DNA from: the human T2T-CHM13v2.0 reference genome, Homo sapiens
Length of the DNA stretch: 64,000 nt
Assembly (NCBI RefSeq): GCF_009914755.1
Contig: NC_060930.1
Strand: one strand, 5' to 3'
Part shown: piece by piece, positions 10,213-26,229 of the stretch
How positions within the stretch are numbered: the first letter of the stretch is position 1
Layout: each line of letters begins with the position of its first letter
Program-made: the position numbers and the translations under genes
Notes under the pieces: model-generated
The model's database searches: none
Told to the model about the DNA's origin: nothing
The model's input: the letters and a program-made list of their open reading frames with translations, nothing else

Positions 10213-12379
10213 CCTGGTGGCTACAAACTAGACCTGCAAATATCAAACTCTAAGACAATTCCTAGATTTCCAGACCAGCCTTCAGTAGTAAATGAGCAAT
10301 GTAAATTGGTTAGCCCAGAAGACCATACTCTCTAAAGCTACTTCAGATTTGAGGAGGAAAGAAAGTAAATCACTTCTCAAGGGCTTGGACTGGAAGCCAT
10401 GGAGGACAACAGACAAGGGAATTCTTTAGGGAGATCTCAGGCAGGTTTTTCAAAAGTGCTAACAAGAGGATGTCTTTCCCTAACACAAATGGAATCTTCG
10501 CAATTCCTGAAGATAGTGTTGGCCTATGGCTATAGATGACTAATAGCTGTGTTTTAAAACCATTTCCCTTTCTAAAAAAGATTTTCTTGTGATAATTTTT
10601 TCTTATTTCATCATTCAAATTAGTCATGTTGGGAGAATGCACAATATCCAGACTCAGATTTCCAACTCTGAAATGAATTTTGTAATCAAATTGGATTTGA
10701 TGATTGTCTCACTCAGAGAAGTGGTGAGTATATTATTCTAAAGGAAATAAATGTAAACATGGGTATTTGAATAACTAAAGAGGTCAACAGTGGCAGAATC
10801 TGCTAGATTTCTCTTCATATCCACTTGTTCCTTTTTACTTACCAATAAAACCGCTTGAATTTGAACCAGGTACATGGCTATTCAGAAGACTATTTTGTCA
10901 ATAGTTTTGAAAAAAGTCACCCTTTCCTGTTTAACTGGTTCTGTAAAATTTTTGTGTTACAAGATTCAGATGTTGTATGTTTGATAGTGGGTGAATCTTG
11001 TCATGCCATGGGAAGCATTGGTTAAACTAAACTAAAAACTTAAAACTCAAAATTGATATTGATATGATATGGACTGGCAGGCTAAGATAAGATTTGGGGA
11101 GGTCCTCTCTAAAACATTGAGAATGGTCATCTCTAGATAGTTGGAATTTGTTTATATGTGCTTTAAAAACTTACATTATAATCATTTTATAAGCATTTCT
11201 TATCTTTGTTAATAAGCAATTAAACATACTGTTTTGGAGCCGGTATGCTTATTTTATCTGGCAATATGATGATATAATGAATAAACATAAATATCTTATT
11301 CAAATGCTAATTTAGTGAGGAGGCTTTCTTAGCTTGGTAGATTAACCTTTTCACTCTTGTATTACAGTAGAAAAGTTCATTATATAACCAATCTATAGAA
11401 CTTTGTATTAGATAAAGCTTTTCCTTTTTCCCCTTAATATAAGGGAGAGCTATCTCTTAAAATTATTGGGATGACTCAGTCATCTAGGCTTAATAAATTA
11501 CGTTACATAACTTAAAATAAAAATTTTAAGTTGACAGATAAAGTGGATTTTCTCTGCTTGCATAATAACATTCATGCCAACTGATAATTTTGGAGGTGCT
11601 GATTGCTTTAGCAAAGTAAAACATCTTTAATTATATCATATAACATAAACTTAGATACAGCAAGAACTTTGAAGAGTCATACTATGGACAACAGACTAAT
11701 TACAACAAAATCGTTGAAAATATCTTGCAAAATATGTATTAACATCATCATCAGTGTCAGAAATATTCATTAGGAAATACTAGTTTTCTTGAATATTACA
11801 CAAGATTTGAAAAATGCTAGTCTTGCAAAAAAAGTTCTTTTAGAATTTGGAAATTTCCAACAGTACTTTTGACTGAATTACTAAATTACCAAAAGTGTTG
11901 AAGTAATATCTAACCTTAATATATTTTGAATAGCACATTTATTTATTTATTCTCCCTATTATATTCAACATAAAGAAGTGACTAGAACAAGCGAATACAT
12001 TTTTCCACAATTGGCAGCCTTTTTTTCACCTTGAAATCCTTATCCATGTTTACCAAAGATGACCAATGAAGCTACACTAACATTTTGCATCTCTCACTTC
12101 AATTCCTTACATTCCAGAAAATGCTGCAAAAAGTAAATTAACCAAAGGAAAGGTTTAATAGTAATTTGTGTGTGCATCTGTTCTATTAGGGACTGGAATA
12201 TATTTCTGTATTTAAGATTGCTTTTCTTTTCTAATTTGAAGTATGTGACTTGAAAGTGTTTTTATTTTGATGGTTATCTGTCCTCAAAGCTGAAATGTTT
12301 TGTCTAGGTTTTCTGGAAATGGAATATTATTATATTTAAACTCAGTGTTGGGCCACCACCTGATTAAAATAAATGAACA

Positions 12380-12926
12380 TGTTACATTGGGTAGCTAGTT
12401 AGGTATGAGCTGGGCAGGAGAGGTTTCCCCCACCCCAAACAGACACACACTAGGAGTGTTGGTGACCATCAGGTGATGGTCAGGTGATTGTTAACAGTTT
12501 ATCTAAATATTATCCAATTATTTAATAATGGGTCACAGCCAGTGCCAGGGAAAGGCAGGCTCCTAATAGAAAACACCTGAAACCAATCAGCAGCTTCCAA
12601 ATAAGATTTCAGGAGTGAGGAGAAGTAATGGAAGATCTTGGAAGTATGCCAACATGTAAAACCCCAAGTCAAGAGGTCAAGCTGCCCAATTGGTTTCTCA
12701 AGTCACCCACTTGGCCCTCATCTAAGTTGTACTTTCCTTTTCTTTCCTTTCCTTACTGTTCTAAAGCTTTCTAATACATTTTCACTCCTACTCAAATTTG
12801 CCTCCATCTCTCCTTCTGCCTTATGCCCCGCAGTCATATTCTTTCTTCCAAGGAGGCAAAAGTTGAGGTTGCTACAGATCTCTGTGGATTTGCCACAGGT
12901 AATTCGGATACATGCCACTGGTAACA
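12380..12926 (+). mobile_element. Solo ERV1 LTR, MER50-like
   Basis: TGTTAC...GTAACA inverted termini, start 'gggtagctagttaggtatgagctgggcaggagagg', TSD AACA/AACT. Confidence 0.82.
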
Positions 12927-15127
12927 AACTAATGGAAGTATTTTACCCTATCTAGAAGTTTTACTTTGTAAATTGTGAAATCTGAAAATCAAGTAATTAT
13001 AAAAAATGCATTTTATGTAAATGTGTATTTTAAGTAAACAAATTTCAAAACATTTAGAATATTTGAGCATATATTAAGTTAGTATTCAAGAGAAATGCTA
13101 TCAAATGACTATTTAGTACTTTACTCTTTATTGGTCAACCTTGTCTGATGGAGGAAACATTGATTAGACTAAACCTTTTACATAGATAGATAAATAAGTG
13201 CTTTGGTAGGTTTTTTTTTTTTTATCAACTGCTTAAGAGTTAAAACCCTCAAATTATAGCTGGTATTTGAAAACCTGTTGGATATCTGTAGATTAATGAA
13301 TGCTGCATTAACAAAAAATTCAAAATAGCCTGTAAACCTGAAGATAGGCTTTTTTTTGCAAAAATTATGTGAAAATTTGAATGATCTGCCTAAAAATGAG
13401 AAAAGTATCACAGAAAATATCTTTTAAAACCTGACTCTTTAAAAAACTTAATATATTTGATTACATCATAATTTCTAATAGTTTTTTTCGTCTTGATAAT
13501 AATACACCAGAAGTTATTTCTCATATTTTCACTTTCTGGCCTTTTGACAAGTAACATGGTTAGTTTTTTTCCTTCCAATTGGAGCCTAAAAGTGATGCTC
13601 ATTCTGTAGCATCATTATGCTGTCTTAGTGATGCTATGGAATGAGTGGGAATGAGGAACTAATTCTCAAAGTAGTGTTTCTTCTTACAACATTCAAGGAA
13701 TATCCTTACAGAAGGTAAGTTGGAGTAAGTATGTTTGTGAGATAGCCCCTGCTTCATCAGTTTTCGATTTTAATTTCTCCAATAACTAGTTTTCAAGGAC
13801 TATTATATTTAATTGTCTGTCTTCTTCCAGTCGTACTTTTTCTCAGTCTCTTGCAGTTTGCCCTTTCAGTGATGAGACTAGTCAAATCTTTAGCAAGCCT
13901 GAGTCAATGGATTATGAAAGCTCTAAAGAACAAAATGAAGCTGATGTGGATCTGTTACTTTTATTTCTCATGGATAAAAATCCTGTATAGTTTTTGATTA
14001 TCCTAATTGTCAGTTTGAAACCTGAAATTTATGTGTGCAAATGAGAATGTTTTTATGCTAATGATTTTGGATTCCAGGTATTTTTCCAGAGTGCTTAGAA
14101 GGCAGAAACAAAACTTTGTATAGGATCTAATAAAAAACATTTAAATAAATACTTAGCATCACATATATCACAGAATATTACTTTAAATACAATAATAAGT
14201 TAAAAGGATACATTTTGCCTGAGTATGATGTAACAAAATAGAACTAAAATCATCTTCATTCACTTAGTAACTACTTATTGAGCACTTATCCTGTAATTGT
14301 GATGGAGTTGAACATTGGTCCTGCTATCCTGATTGTACTATATGGCGTCAACATTGTTGTGTATTATCAGTGCAAACAAAAATTCCTAATTAGGTATAAT
14401 TACTTGATACAAAATATGGCCAAGTGATCATGCTGTTTCTCATAATTGTGATATGAGAACATTTAACAGGAAGTTCTTATAATATTAACTAATTGGGAAA
14501 TACCTCTCTAGTGATGTTTAAAAATAAGATCTTAAAATTAAGAATTTTACCTGTATTTCTTATTTTAATTCAAGCATCCTATTTTATGCATTAATTGCAT
14601 AAAAAGTGAATTAAAATTACACACAACCATTTTATCTGAATATTCTTTTCTTGAATTGATTTTTTTAAATATTAAAATAAACTGTATTATTGAGATACCA
14701 AAGGTAATGAATGAACTCTAGAACTTCAATTACATATTACACACACATCTACTTTCTTTCCCATGTTTAATTAGGTATGAAAAGAGCCAAATTACTTTTA
14801 AGGCTGAAAATTATACTAGTGTTTAATTTAGTCATTTAAATTCTCTATAGCCATGTGTTGGATAGATTTTCATTTCTGTCTAGCAGTCTCTGTTGGCTAT
14901 CTGTATTTTCCCAAATATTTTTAATGCACGAAACACAGCATTATATATACACATAAGTAGAATGTGCTATTTTAATAAAAATAAAATCATATATTTTATT
15001 TTTAAATTTAAGAAATCATTTGGAATATATTTAATAGACATAACATGTAATTTTGCTGATAAACTATAATTTATTTAAATTTTCTCATTAACTTTCTTCT
15101 TTTTTTTAACCTTTCTAAATGATTCTA

Positions 15128-15299
15128 GGCCATGTGCAGTGGTTCATGCTTGTAATCCCAGCACTTTGAAGGCTGAGGTGGGAGGATCACTGGAGATCAG
15201 GAATTTGGCCAACATGTTGAAACAGGGTCTCTAGTGAAACTACAAAAATTACCTGAGAATGGTGGTGCAGACCTTTAATCCCAGCTACTCAGTGGCTGA
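15128..15299 (+). mobile_element. Old Alu, 3'-truncated (AluJ/S)
   Basis: Left arm, linker and start of the right arm are present. Heavily diverged, no tail. Confidence 0.85.
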
Positions 15300-15387
15300 A
15301 ACACCTATACATTTGAAAATAGCATTTTATAAGTGTAATGTGAGGGTTACATATTCAGTGTTTTCCATGAAGGAAACTGATAGTTAT

Positions 15388-17459
<2,072 letters not shown>

Positions 17460-19344
17460 TTATTACTTCTAAGGAAATAAATAGGGAAGTCCCTGTGGAG
17501 TTAATCCTTTAAGAGAGGTTGGATTTTTAACAGATATATAGACCTGCATTTTAAGCCCAGAGAGAGAAATGGGCAAAGATGAGAGCAATACTTATACACC
17601 CTTGTATGCTTAGTATCTATGAAGTGGATTGGGGGATATTGAAGGGATATAGTAACATAAACAGAAACCCAGAAATCACCATATTATATAAAATGCATTA
17701 TAAGTAGTATTAGGAAATTAAAGATTATATAATTTAAAGTGCTGTTTTGAATAACACTGCAGAAGTTGAAATGGTTGACTTAAGTCAGTATGATTTTAAG
17801 AGATAAGCTGGAGAAAGAAACATTTCCTACCACAGGCAATAAAAAGAGAAGGACACAAACATCAGCATGAACATTGTCCACAGAGGACTTTTTCCAAGGA
17901 CTTTTCATTGCAAATTGTAGAAACTGTTATTTGTAACTGACCATTTTCTTTCTACATACATTCTTTCTCACATTTTTGCTAATTTTTTATGTGCATCAGT
18001 CCTTTCCAGAGTCTATAAAACCTTCAAAGTTAGAATCATGCAGATTACTTTTTTCTAGATCCCCTATTGTTATCACAGTGCAGAGAATTCATTAGCTGAG
18101 TTTCAGCCTTCTGATGTGAAATTAGAATGACTTTCCTTATGGGCCCTTTAAATTCCAAAAAATAACACTAACAATGGTAGTATTAAGTGCTCGATAAACT
18201 TGATGTTTGTTGATTGGTTTCATAGCACATGTGCCATATCTTCACATTAAGAAGTACACTTTTATAATCCAAAATATCTTCCCATTGGTATTTTATAAAT
18301 GCAACTGCAACAGTGAAAATGACAGATAGATATAAATATTTTGGGCATTTCTATTAAAGTTTCACCCTTTTAAAACTGTGTTGCATTTCAGACTGTAAAA
18401 CTTGCTTTTCATGTGTTGTAATTCATAGTTTTTTAGTCCTCTTCCATCATATGATGTTATAGGTAGATGTTTAAAGTTGATGTTATTTCTACATTTATAA
18501 CAAAGCTATGCATTACGTATTTAATAGAAAACATATTAAAAAGCAAAAAACAATGGCAGCTCTTCCAAAAGATTATATTTCTACAAATCTGTTAAATTGC
18601 TACTATTTCTCTCTAAATGCTACGTAAGACATGGATTCCATAGAGTGATAGTGCACATTGATCTTCAAACTGGACCTTTTAGGTTCAATATTCATAGATT
18701 TTGTTTGCTGTTCATGTTAGGTAATACTATAAGCATCCTTTTAATCTTCATTTGGGTTACTAAGAAAAATGTCCACTTGTATACCAAGTAACAAAGTTAC
18801 AATTAATGTAGTTAAGAAATACTTTAGTAACGCCTAAATGATTATCTTTAATCTTGCATTTCACTTCCTGAGAGTTATTTGGAGCTAATTTTGGCAAGCT
18901 GTGTAGCATGGTGTTAACAGTGGATGATTTAGATTCAGATTAGGAAGTATCAAAGTACGAATCTAATACTTCAACTGTAAACTTTCTCTTTGTCTTTCAG
19001 ATTTCTCCACCAAAAATATAGGAAAATTGATAATAGTTATGTTGGCAATATGCTTAGAGTTATTTTATAATACAGCAAGTACTTAATATTACCAGCTATT
19101 ATTGTATTCATTTGGATTTTAAAATTTGAAATAAGCTGCAATACATAATCAAATAACTGTCTGACATCCATGATTAAAAATAATAAAGTTCTAAAAGCAC
19201 ATTCTTTTAAAAGAATATTTAATGAGATAACTGATAAATTGTTTCAAAACATATAGAAAGTAGTTTTATCACACTAGGATTTACATGTATTTATCTTTTT
19301 TTTTTTGGTAAATTTTACTTGCCCTTATATATACAGATTTTTTT

Positions 19345-19630
19345 TGGAAAGAATAAGTTACAAAATTTCAGTTAGAGAAGAGACAAAAGTTGAAGAGATC
19401 TGTTCAACAACATGGTGACTATAGTTAATAATGTATTGCATTCTTGAAAAACCCTAAGAATGTACACAAAGTATTCTTACCACAAAATAAAAACTCTGTG
19501 AGGCAATGTCTATGTTAGCCAGATTTAGTCAGTCTACAATGCATATACAGTATACTTCAAAACATGCCCTTGTACACAGTAAATACATACACTTTTTCTT
19601 TCAATGTAAAATATAAAATTTAAAAAAACC
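19345..19630 (+). mobile_element. L1MA 3' end fragment
   Basis: 'acaaaatttcagttag...gagatctgttcaacaacatggtgactatagttaataatgtattg' followed by an A-rich tail. Confidence 0.8.
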
Positions 19631-22164
19631 AAAATATTATTTTCTCTTTTTTTTGTTTTAATTGAGATGAGTTAAATGTGGTTGCTGCTTTACTTAAGGG
19701 CTATTTAAGAAAAATCAAAATAACTATAAAAGCAAAAATACTCTTAAACCAGTATCCTAATTCAACATGGTCAGTATGGATTTTTTTTCTGGTGTTGTTT
19801 TTATTTTATAACTAGCAGTAATTATAATCAAGAAGCTTAGACATTTTTATAAATGCTGACAGAAGTGCTCACTTAAAAAACGCATGGCATCTGAGGATTT
19901 TTGAATGCATGTGTACACCCAAAAGGTACTTAGGGCTGAAATAGATGACACTCAACTACTTCCTGTTAGATGTAAGAAAATGTGTTAATTGCATTTAATA
20001 TAGTTTATTATACTCTAGTCAACACAGGCCATCTGTCCACAACAGCTGCCTCATGGTGGTTTCAGCAAAGCATGTGCGTGTATATATTTTAAGTGAAAGC
20101 ACAATTGAAAAGAGCAAAACAGCCTACATTGAGTTTGTGTTACATGACTATGCAGCAAATAAATATAAAAATATTATACCAGCATGAATACACTCCAATC
20201 AAATTTTCTCCTGGTGCAAGAAGTGACTTTGTTTAAAAGTAAATATCAATAAATCACTTCACTAAGAAATAACCATTAGATTTCGAATTGTATAAGAATA
20301 AAAAAGTAAAAAAGATGACTAAAGTACTTTGCTTAATATATAAGCATAAATGGGGGTTTGAGAAGACTGGAGAGAAGTAGCAAAAGAGATGCCAGGAGCA
20401 GATGAGATGATAAGTCAGGGATCTGGAACCTGTGGTGGTGAAATGTGTAAAAGGTACTTTTAAAAACAAAAATGTTAAATATTCAATATGCTATTAGCAA
20501 TTCTGTGACTTATTCTGCTCATAAAAGGCTTAGTAAAGTCTACTAGACAAAACAAAATTGTTGCAAATACTATGTTTTTGCTAGATAAAGATCAAAGGCA
20601 ATGCTGTTTTGATGACTGGGTTCAGGTAAGAATCAAAAGGCAAAACACAGTGAGTTGAATTTCAACTTTTTAAACAGAACAGACTTGGGAAACACAATAA
20701 CTCCTAGAAATATAGGGATAATCATGCAAATATGTTACCTCCTCAAAAATTCAGATACCTTGAGATGAGGATGCCACTTTTCCCAAGCAGATAAACCTTA
20801 ACTAGTTTTAATTGAATTTAATTCAATGTATTTTATTTTAGTCAGCATAAGCGTAAGCTTATTTTAGGAGAAAAGGTGACCACAGTAGGTAACTGAGCTG
20901 TTAATTTTCTGAGGAAAGACACTAAAAGGTAAAGATCATTCATTTCAATAAATATTTATTGAGTGCTTCTTGTGCCAAATGATTGTTAAATCACTGTGTA
21001 TCTCACAGTGAACAAAGACAGAAATTCTTACCTCTATGAAGATTATATGCTATTGGTGCATAGAGACAGAAAAGAAAAACAATAAATGAGTTCAATTATA
21101 CGGTATATTACACAATGATAAGTACTATGAGGTAAATAAAGCTGGCAAGGTAGAATTAGGGACAGGATGCAATTTTAATTTGAGCAAAGACCTTAAGAAA
21201 AGGAAGGCACAAATCAGGTGGAGATATAGGTAAATAGAGTTGCAGACACACGAACATGAAAGGTCTCTGAGTTTTAATTTGACATTTAAGAAATAGCAAG
21301 GGAGTCTGGGACCACAAATTATAAAGATGTCTTCATGTTAATTTCCTATTGGCAAAATATAACCAACTCTGTAAGTGTTAGTCAACTAATAAAGTAGACT
21401 CATTTCATAAACAGAAATACTAAAGGATTTTAAGTTGTTTGCCCAAACAATTTACAACTCCTAGCTTGTTCAAATTTATATACTATTTTAGAATATTATT
21501 TGAATACTACTCTTTTATCCCTACTATGTAAGTAATTAGGTATAGTTTTTTTTTATTCTTGTCTCATTTGATTTTGTGACTACACAGGAGGATGAGCCAA
21601 ACTATGTGAAATATTTTTAAACTCTTTATTCCTCATTAATCTGAATAGAATTGACAGAGTGTTAGAAATACCAGAGAAAGGAAACAGAAAAACCTTATAA
21701 AATATTTATGCATTCATTTATTCAATACATTTATTGAACAACTGTCATATGCTGGCAGCAGGCTAAGCACTGGAACTATGGTACTGTAAAAAACAGACAT
21801 GATTTTGTCCTTAAGAAGGTAACATTATAGTGAGTCATTCATGCATTAAACAAAGGATAATAAAATAATTTGAAAGACTGTTTTACAGCAACATGCAGTT
21901 GCAAGGAATCCTCTTGTCTTGGAAATCAGAGAAGTCCTAGAAACATACAAGGGCATTACAACTGTCTTATGAAATAGAAAATATTAATTTGGTCAGAGAG
22001 AGAGTGATTAAATATATGAAATAATGCTGATTATGCCACTATTTCAAGTTCTGAAAGTTGTCCACAAGACTGAGCAAAGTGGGTATCACCTGTAACTCTG
22101 ATAAGGACAGTTTTGGTATAGTCTTGAAAATGAAAGCTTGATTGAAGTATGTTCATAAGAAATG

Positions 22165-22657
22165 CTCATCACAGGGCTATTCACAATAGCAAAAACATAG
22201 AATCAACCCAGGTGCCCATCAATGGTGTATTGGATAAAGAAAATGTGGTATACGTGCAACATGGAATACTACATGTGCATAAAAGATAATGAAATGGTGT
22301 CCTTTGCAGAAACGTGGATAAAGCTGGAAGCTTATCCCTGGAAGCTTATCTTATGCCCTAACACAGAAAAGAAAAACCAAATGCTGCATATTGTCACTTA
22401 TAAGTGAGAGCTAAACATTTAGTACACATAGACATAGAGGTGGGAACAACAGACACTGGGGACTACTAGATAGGGAAGATAGGGAGTGGGAAGGGGCATG
22501 AACTGAAGAACTACCTATTGGGTATTATGGTACTGTGCTCACTACCTGGGTGACAGATTCAGACATACCCCAAAACCTCAGCATCATAAACTATATCTTT
22601 GTAACAACCCACACATGTACCCCCTGATTCTAAATAAAAGTTGGAGAAGAAAAAAAA
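22165..22657 (+). mobile_element. L1 3' end (old L1PA/L1PB)
   Basis: 'ctattcacaatagcaaaaacatagaatcaacccaggtgcccatcaatgg...cacatgtaccccctgattctaaataaaagttg' followed by poly(A). Confidence 0.9.
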
Positions 22658-23311
22658 TGGAAAGGAAATGAAAACTGAGAATATAGACAACCCCTTTAAG
22701 GAGTTTTGTGATAAATGGTGCTGAAAAATTAGGCAGAAGGTGAAATTGGCAAAAATCATTTTTCAACATTAGATTTATATCGCATTTTTCTTAGTTTATG
22801 AGAAAATTAAAGACAATTGATAATAGGTCTTAGAGAGGCATCAATGACACAGTGTATTTTATGATGTAAATAAAATGGAAAATAATTTAATGCAGAAGTA
22901 GAAAAGTTAGCATTAGGTTACACCAAGATCTGCTCATCCAGAAAGCAAAATACATGACTTCTGATGTAGGTAGCTTCATGTAGGTAGAAAAAACAAGAAT
23001 TGTTCTTTTAGTTTATTTTAATTTCTCGATGGGAAAAAGGGCAGCATTATCAGCTAACCGTGGCAATTGGAGAGGGGTCTTAGTGATTTAAGGAGATACA
23101 AGATGGTAAATGGTTGCTGAATTGAGTGGCCCACTTAAGGGTTGTGAATTTAAGTTAAAGCCTTCAGGCAGCCTTGTTCAGGGACTGTTGCAGGTGAATA
23201 TAGATGAGATTTTGATTAAACGTAGCATTGGAGTTTTATCAGGTAAATATAATGAAGGAAGAGAATTGCAGGAATGTTGAGGGTCTATATAAAAAAAAGC
23301 TAAATGATGGG

Positions 23312-24061
23312 TGTTTTAGTCCACTTTGTGCTGATAGAGCACCACAGACTGGGTAATTTATAAAGAACACACATGCATTTCTCACAGTTCTGGAGGGAAT
23401 GGAAAGTTCAAGATCAAGTTTGCAACATCTGGTTGAATTCCTTTTTGCTGCATCCTCACATGATGAAAAGTCAAAGGTCAAAAGGAGAAGAGTGTCCTCA
23501 TATTAGAGAAGAGCAGAAGAGAGAGCAAACCCACTAACAAGAACTCATTTTAAAAGGGCTGTATTAATTTGTTCTCATGCTGCTATGAAGAAATACCCAA
23601 GACAGGGTAATTTATTAAAAAAAAATAGGTTTAGTTGATTCACATTTCCACATGGCTGGGGAGGCTTCAGAAAACTTACAATCATAGTGCAAGTCACCTC
23701 TTTACAGGGCTGCAGGAGAGAGAATGAGTGCAAGCAGGGGAAATACCAGATGCTTAAAAAAATCCATCATATCTCATGAGACTCACTCATTATCAGGAGA
23801 ACAACATGAGAGAAACTACCACCATGATTCAGCTACCTCCACTTGGTCCCAACCTTGACACGTGGGGATTATGGGAATTACAATTCAAGGGGAGATTTGG
23901 GTGTGGACACAGATCCAAATCATATCAGGGCCCTTTCCATTCATGAGGGAGGAGCCATCATAACCTATTCATCTCTCAAATGTCCCACCTTCCAATACTA
24001 TCCCCTTGGTACTAGGTTTCTACATTAATTTCAGAGGGGAAATTCCATTAAAACCATAGCA
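23312..24061 (-). mobile_element. MaLR LTR (MSTB-like), interrupted by a THE1 LTR
   Basis: 'tgttttagtcc...accacagactgggtaatttataaagaac' through '...aaaccatagca'. Confidence 0.8.
23560..23927 (-). mobile_element. THE1-family solo LTR
   Basis: 'tgtattaatttgttctcatgctgctatgaagaaatacccaagac...ccaaatcatatca', with GGGC on both flanks. Confidence 0.9.
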
Positions 24062-24556
24062 AGGCATCATACAATCTAACCTGTTAAAAGAGACGAGTAA
24101 AGACATTAGGGGTTTCTAGACATAACAAATGTAGTGGTATCAATTGCCAATACATTCCAATGGCATCTAAGATTTCCAGGAGATGGGGTACCAAAAAGAG
24201 TGAGCTGAAAATATAGAGGTAGTGTTTAGAGAATAGAGTACTGGAATTGAAATTATGGCGGTGTGACTATTGGTGTTTTGGGGAGTTAAGCAATAGCTAG
24301 GTAACTAGTAATGGTCATTGCAGAAAAGGAAGTCAACAGATTGAGAAACTAGAATATCAGATGCAAAATCTAAATGGATTTTGAAATCATTGCAAATTAT
24401 GAGAGAATTAATGTTGCAGAAAGATGAGGTGTGTCAGCCAAAATCCACATCCAGCTCCATGTTTGTGAGCCAAAGTTCTTACATAGATAAAGGTTGAAGA
24501 TAGTTTCAGATCAATTTTGCCTCCAATACTATTAAAAATGGAGATGATTAGGAGAT

Positions 24557-24700
24557 AGTTTAGGGACATGTATCTCAGTGGGTGTCACACAGTCTAATCT
24601 CCTACAAATAAACATCAGTTTTCTTTAGAGTTTAGGGACATGTATCTCAGTGGGTGTCACACAGTCTAATCTCCTACAAGTAAACATCAGTTTTCTTTAG
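24557..24700. repeat. 72-bp direct tandem duplication (2 copies, 1 mismatch)
   Basis: 24557-24628 equals 24629-24700 except acaaAtaaac vs acaaGtaaac. Confidence 0.97.
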
Positions 24701-24938
24701 TGAACATTTGGAAAGATTATTGGATTAGAAATTCTTCTGTATTTGCATAGCAGCAAATCCATGTGTGTTTTCAATTTGTTAAACTCTTTCACTCTGAAGA
24801 TGGCTCTGTCCTATTCAGATGGAGCTCAACATTTGTTGAAAGTGTCCTAATTCTCATCACTGGTGGAACAGGCAAGAAGGGCCCAGTGGTACCGTCTGCT
24901 GGCCCTAGGAGAAGTCTGACCAAAAATTGAGACACATC

Positions 24939-25455
24939 TGTAGGAAGACCCCTGACTTCCTCCAAAATAAAGTGTCTTGCAGTCCAGATCTTCCCTGTTT
25001 GCTTGTGGGCACAGCTGACCTGGACCTCCCTTTCTGGGATGGGGCTTTCCTGGGTTGGCCTTGGCCTCAGAAGTGGCTCTGGTTTGGCCCCAGGGGTGTG
25101 TGGCCTGGCCAAGCCTGCAGCCTTCTGGTTGTGCCCTTGGTGTCACTAAGACCCCACCCCACCCCCCACTTCTGCTAAAACTGCACAGACAAATGCATTC
25201 TAGAGGCCACTCATGGCCTCCAGTGTACATTCCTCATGTTTACGTCATTTGTAATCTTCAAAACCAGTCCATAATGGTGTGATTAGTTTTGCTTCAAAAG
25301 CCCTGGTGTTGATTGCAGTCTATAGGAATTATGTGTAATTGTGGTGAGGGGACTTGTCCTGTATCAGAGTGAGTCTGTGCCCAGGTGGGGTCTCTGCCTT
25401 GCACACTGGTCCCCTCTATGTGCATTTCGCTAGCTGAATGCAACAGTAATTTACA
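24939..25455. mobile_element. Possible ancient LTR (ERVL class, family not assigned)
   Basis: GC-richer block bounded by TGTA...TACA, with 'acatctg' overlapping both ends. No clean TSD. Confidence 0.4.
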
Positions 25456-26229
25456 TCTGGAACAAATACACTCTGGGCATCACTGATTCTCTGCAGACAA
25501 GAGGTGGTATGGTAATCTCACTGACAGATGGACAGTGGCCCTCAGAAGGTCACAATGTCTTCTAGGAGTCATTAGGAATTTTCTAAGCTTTCCAAATGTT
25601 CATTTTATAAGAGTCAGGAGAATCTGTGAAATTTGCATCATTGGAGAAATGCAGTATTTAAGGTTAGCCTCTTACTCTTATCATTCACATAGTGTTCATA
25701 CTCCTATACTGGGAAATATTTTTACACCATGGTTCATACCTATTAATGAGACAGAAATTATTAAAGAATCGTTTTATTTAGCAAAAGCTTATACAATGTT
25801 ACTAAAGTCCTATATGATTTGTGCTATTACCCGATTACAGAGAAATGAGCTTCATATCTATTCCTTAACTTGTCTTGAGATAATAAGAAACTAATCAGTT
25901 TCTGCGTATTAGATATTTTTCATAACATAAAGGATATTTTCCTCAGTGGACAACTAGTTACTGAGGCAAACCAAACAGTGAAGACTGGGAAATGTTTTGT
26001 GCATAATTGCTATGACTATTCCTACATGATTTTTTGTCAATTAACAACATCCTGATGGGACCAACAAAAATACATCTTCAAAACTAGCAATGAAACAGGA
26101 TTAAATAAAACAAGTTGAGAATAAGAACATTTCTGTCATAAAGGCAGCAATTAGTGATCATAGTAATACTAAAAGAAAATAAAGTCCCCTATTCAATTCA
26201 TTTTATCGTCTCTTCACCAGAGATAGCTT

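Larger units (their letters stand above)
1365..10890 (+). mobile_element. Ancient MaLR (MLT1-type) provirus relic, fragmented by younger insertions
   Basis: MLT1-like LTR 3' end 'cagccactatt...aactaattctaatattgataca' at ~2451 is followed by MLT-int-like sequence. Internal sequence resumes after 9582. A second LTR start 'agtggcagaatctgctag' at 10789 resembles 1370-1412. Confidence 0.5.
20935..24450 (-). mobile_element. L2 fragments, interrupted by L1 and MaLR insertions
   Basis: L2 tail complements 'cattcatttcaataaatatttattgagtgc' (~20937) and 'cattcatttattcaatacatttattgaac' (~21711), plus purine-rich L2 body sequence. Confidence 0.65.

Noticed and set aside
13705-13725. Strong splice donor AAG|GTAAGT
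   Set aside because: An isolated motif with no supportable upstream acceptor or open exon; expected by chance in 64 kb.
22324-22350. Short tandem duplication ctggaagcttatc x2 (similar cases at ~440-470 and ~8905-8925)
   Set aside because: Ordinary slippage micro-duplications inside repeats.
24789-25894. ORFs of 107-127 aa as a small gene
   Set aside because: No recognisable homology or convincing exon structure. Most overlap a probable old LTR and use non-ATG starts.
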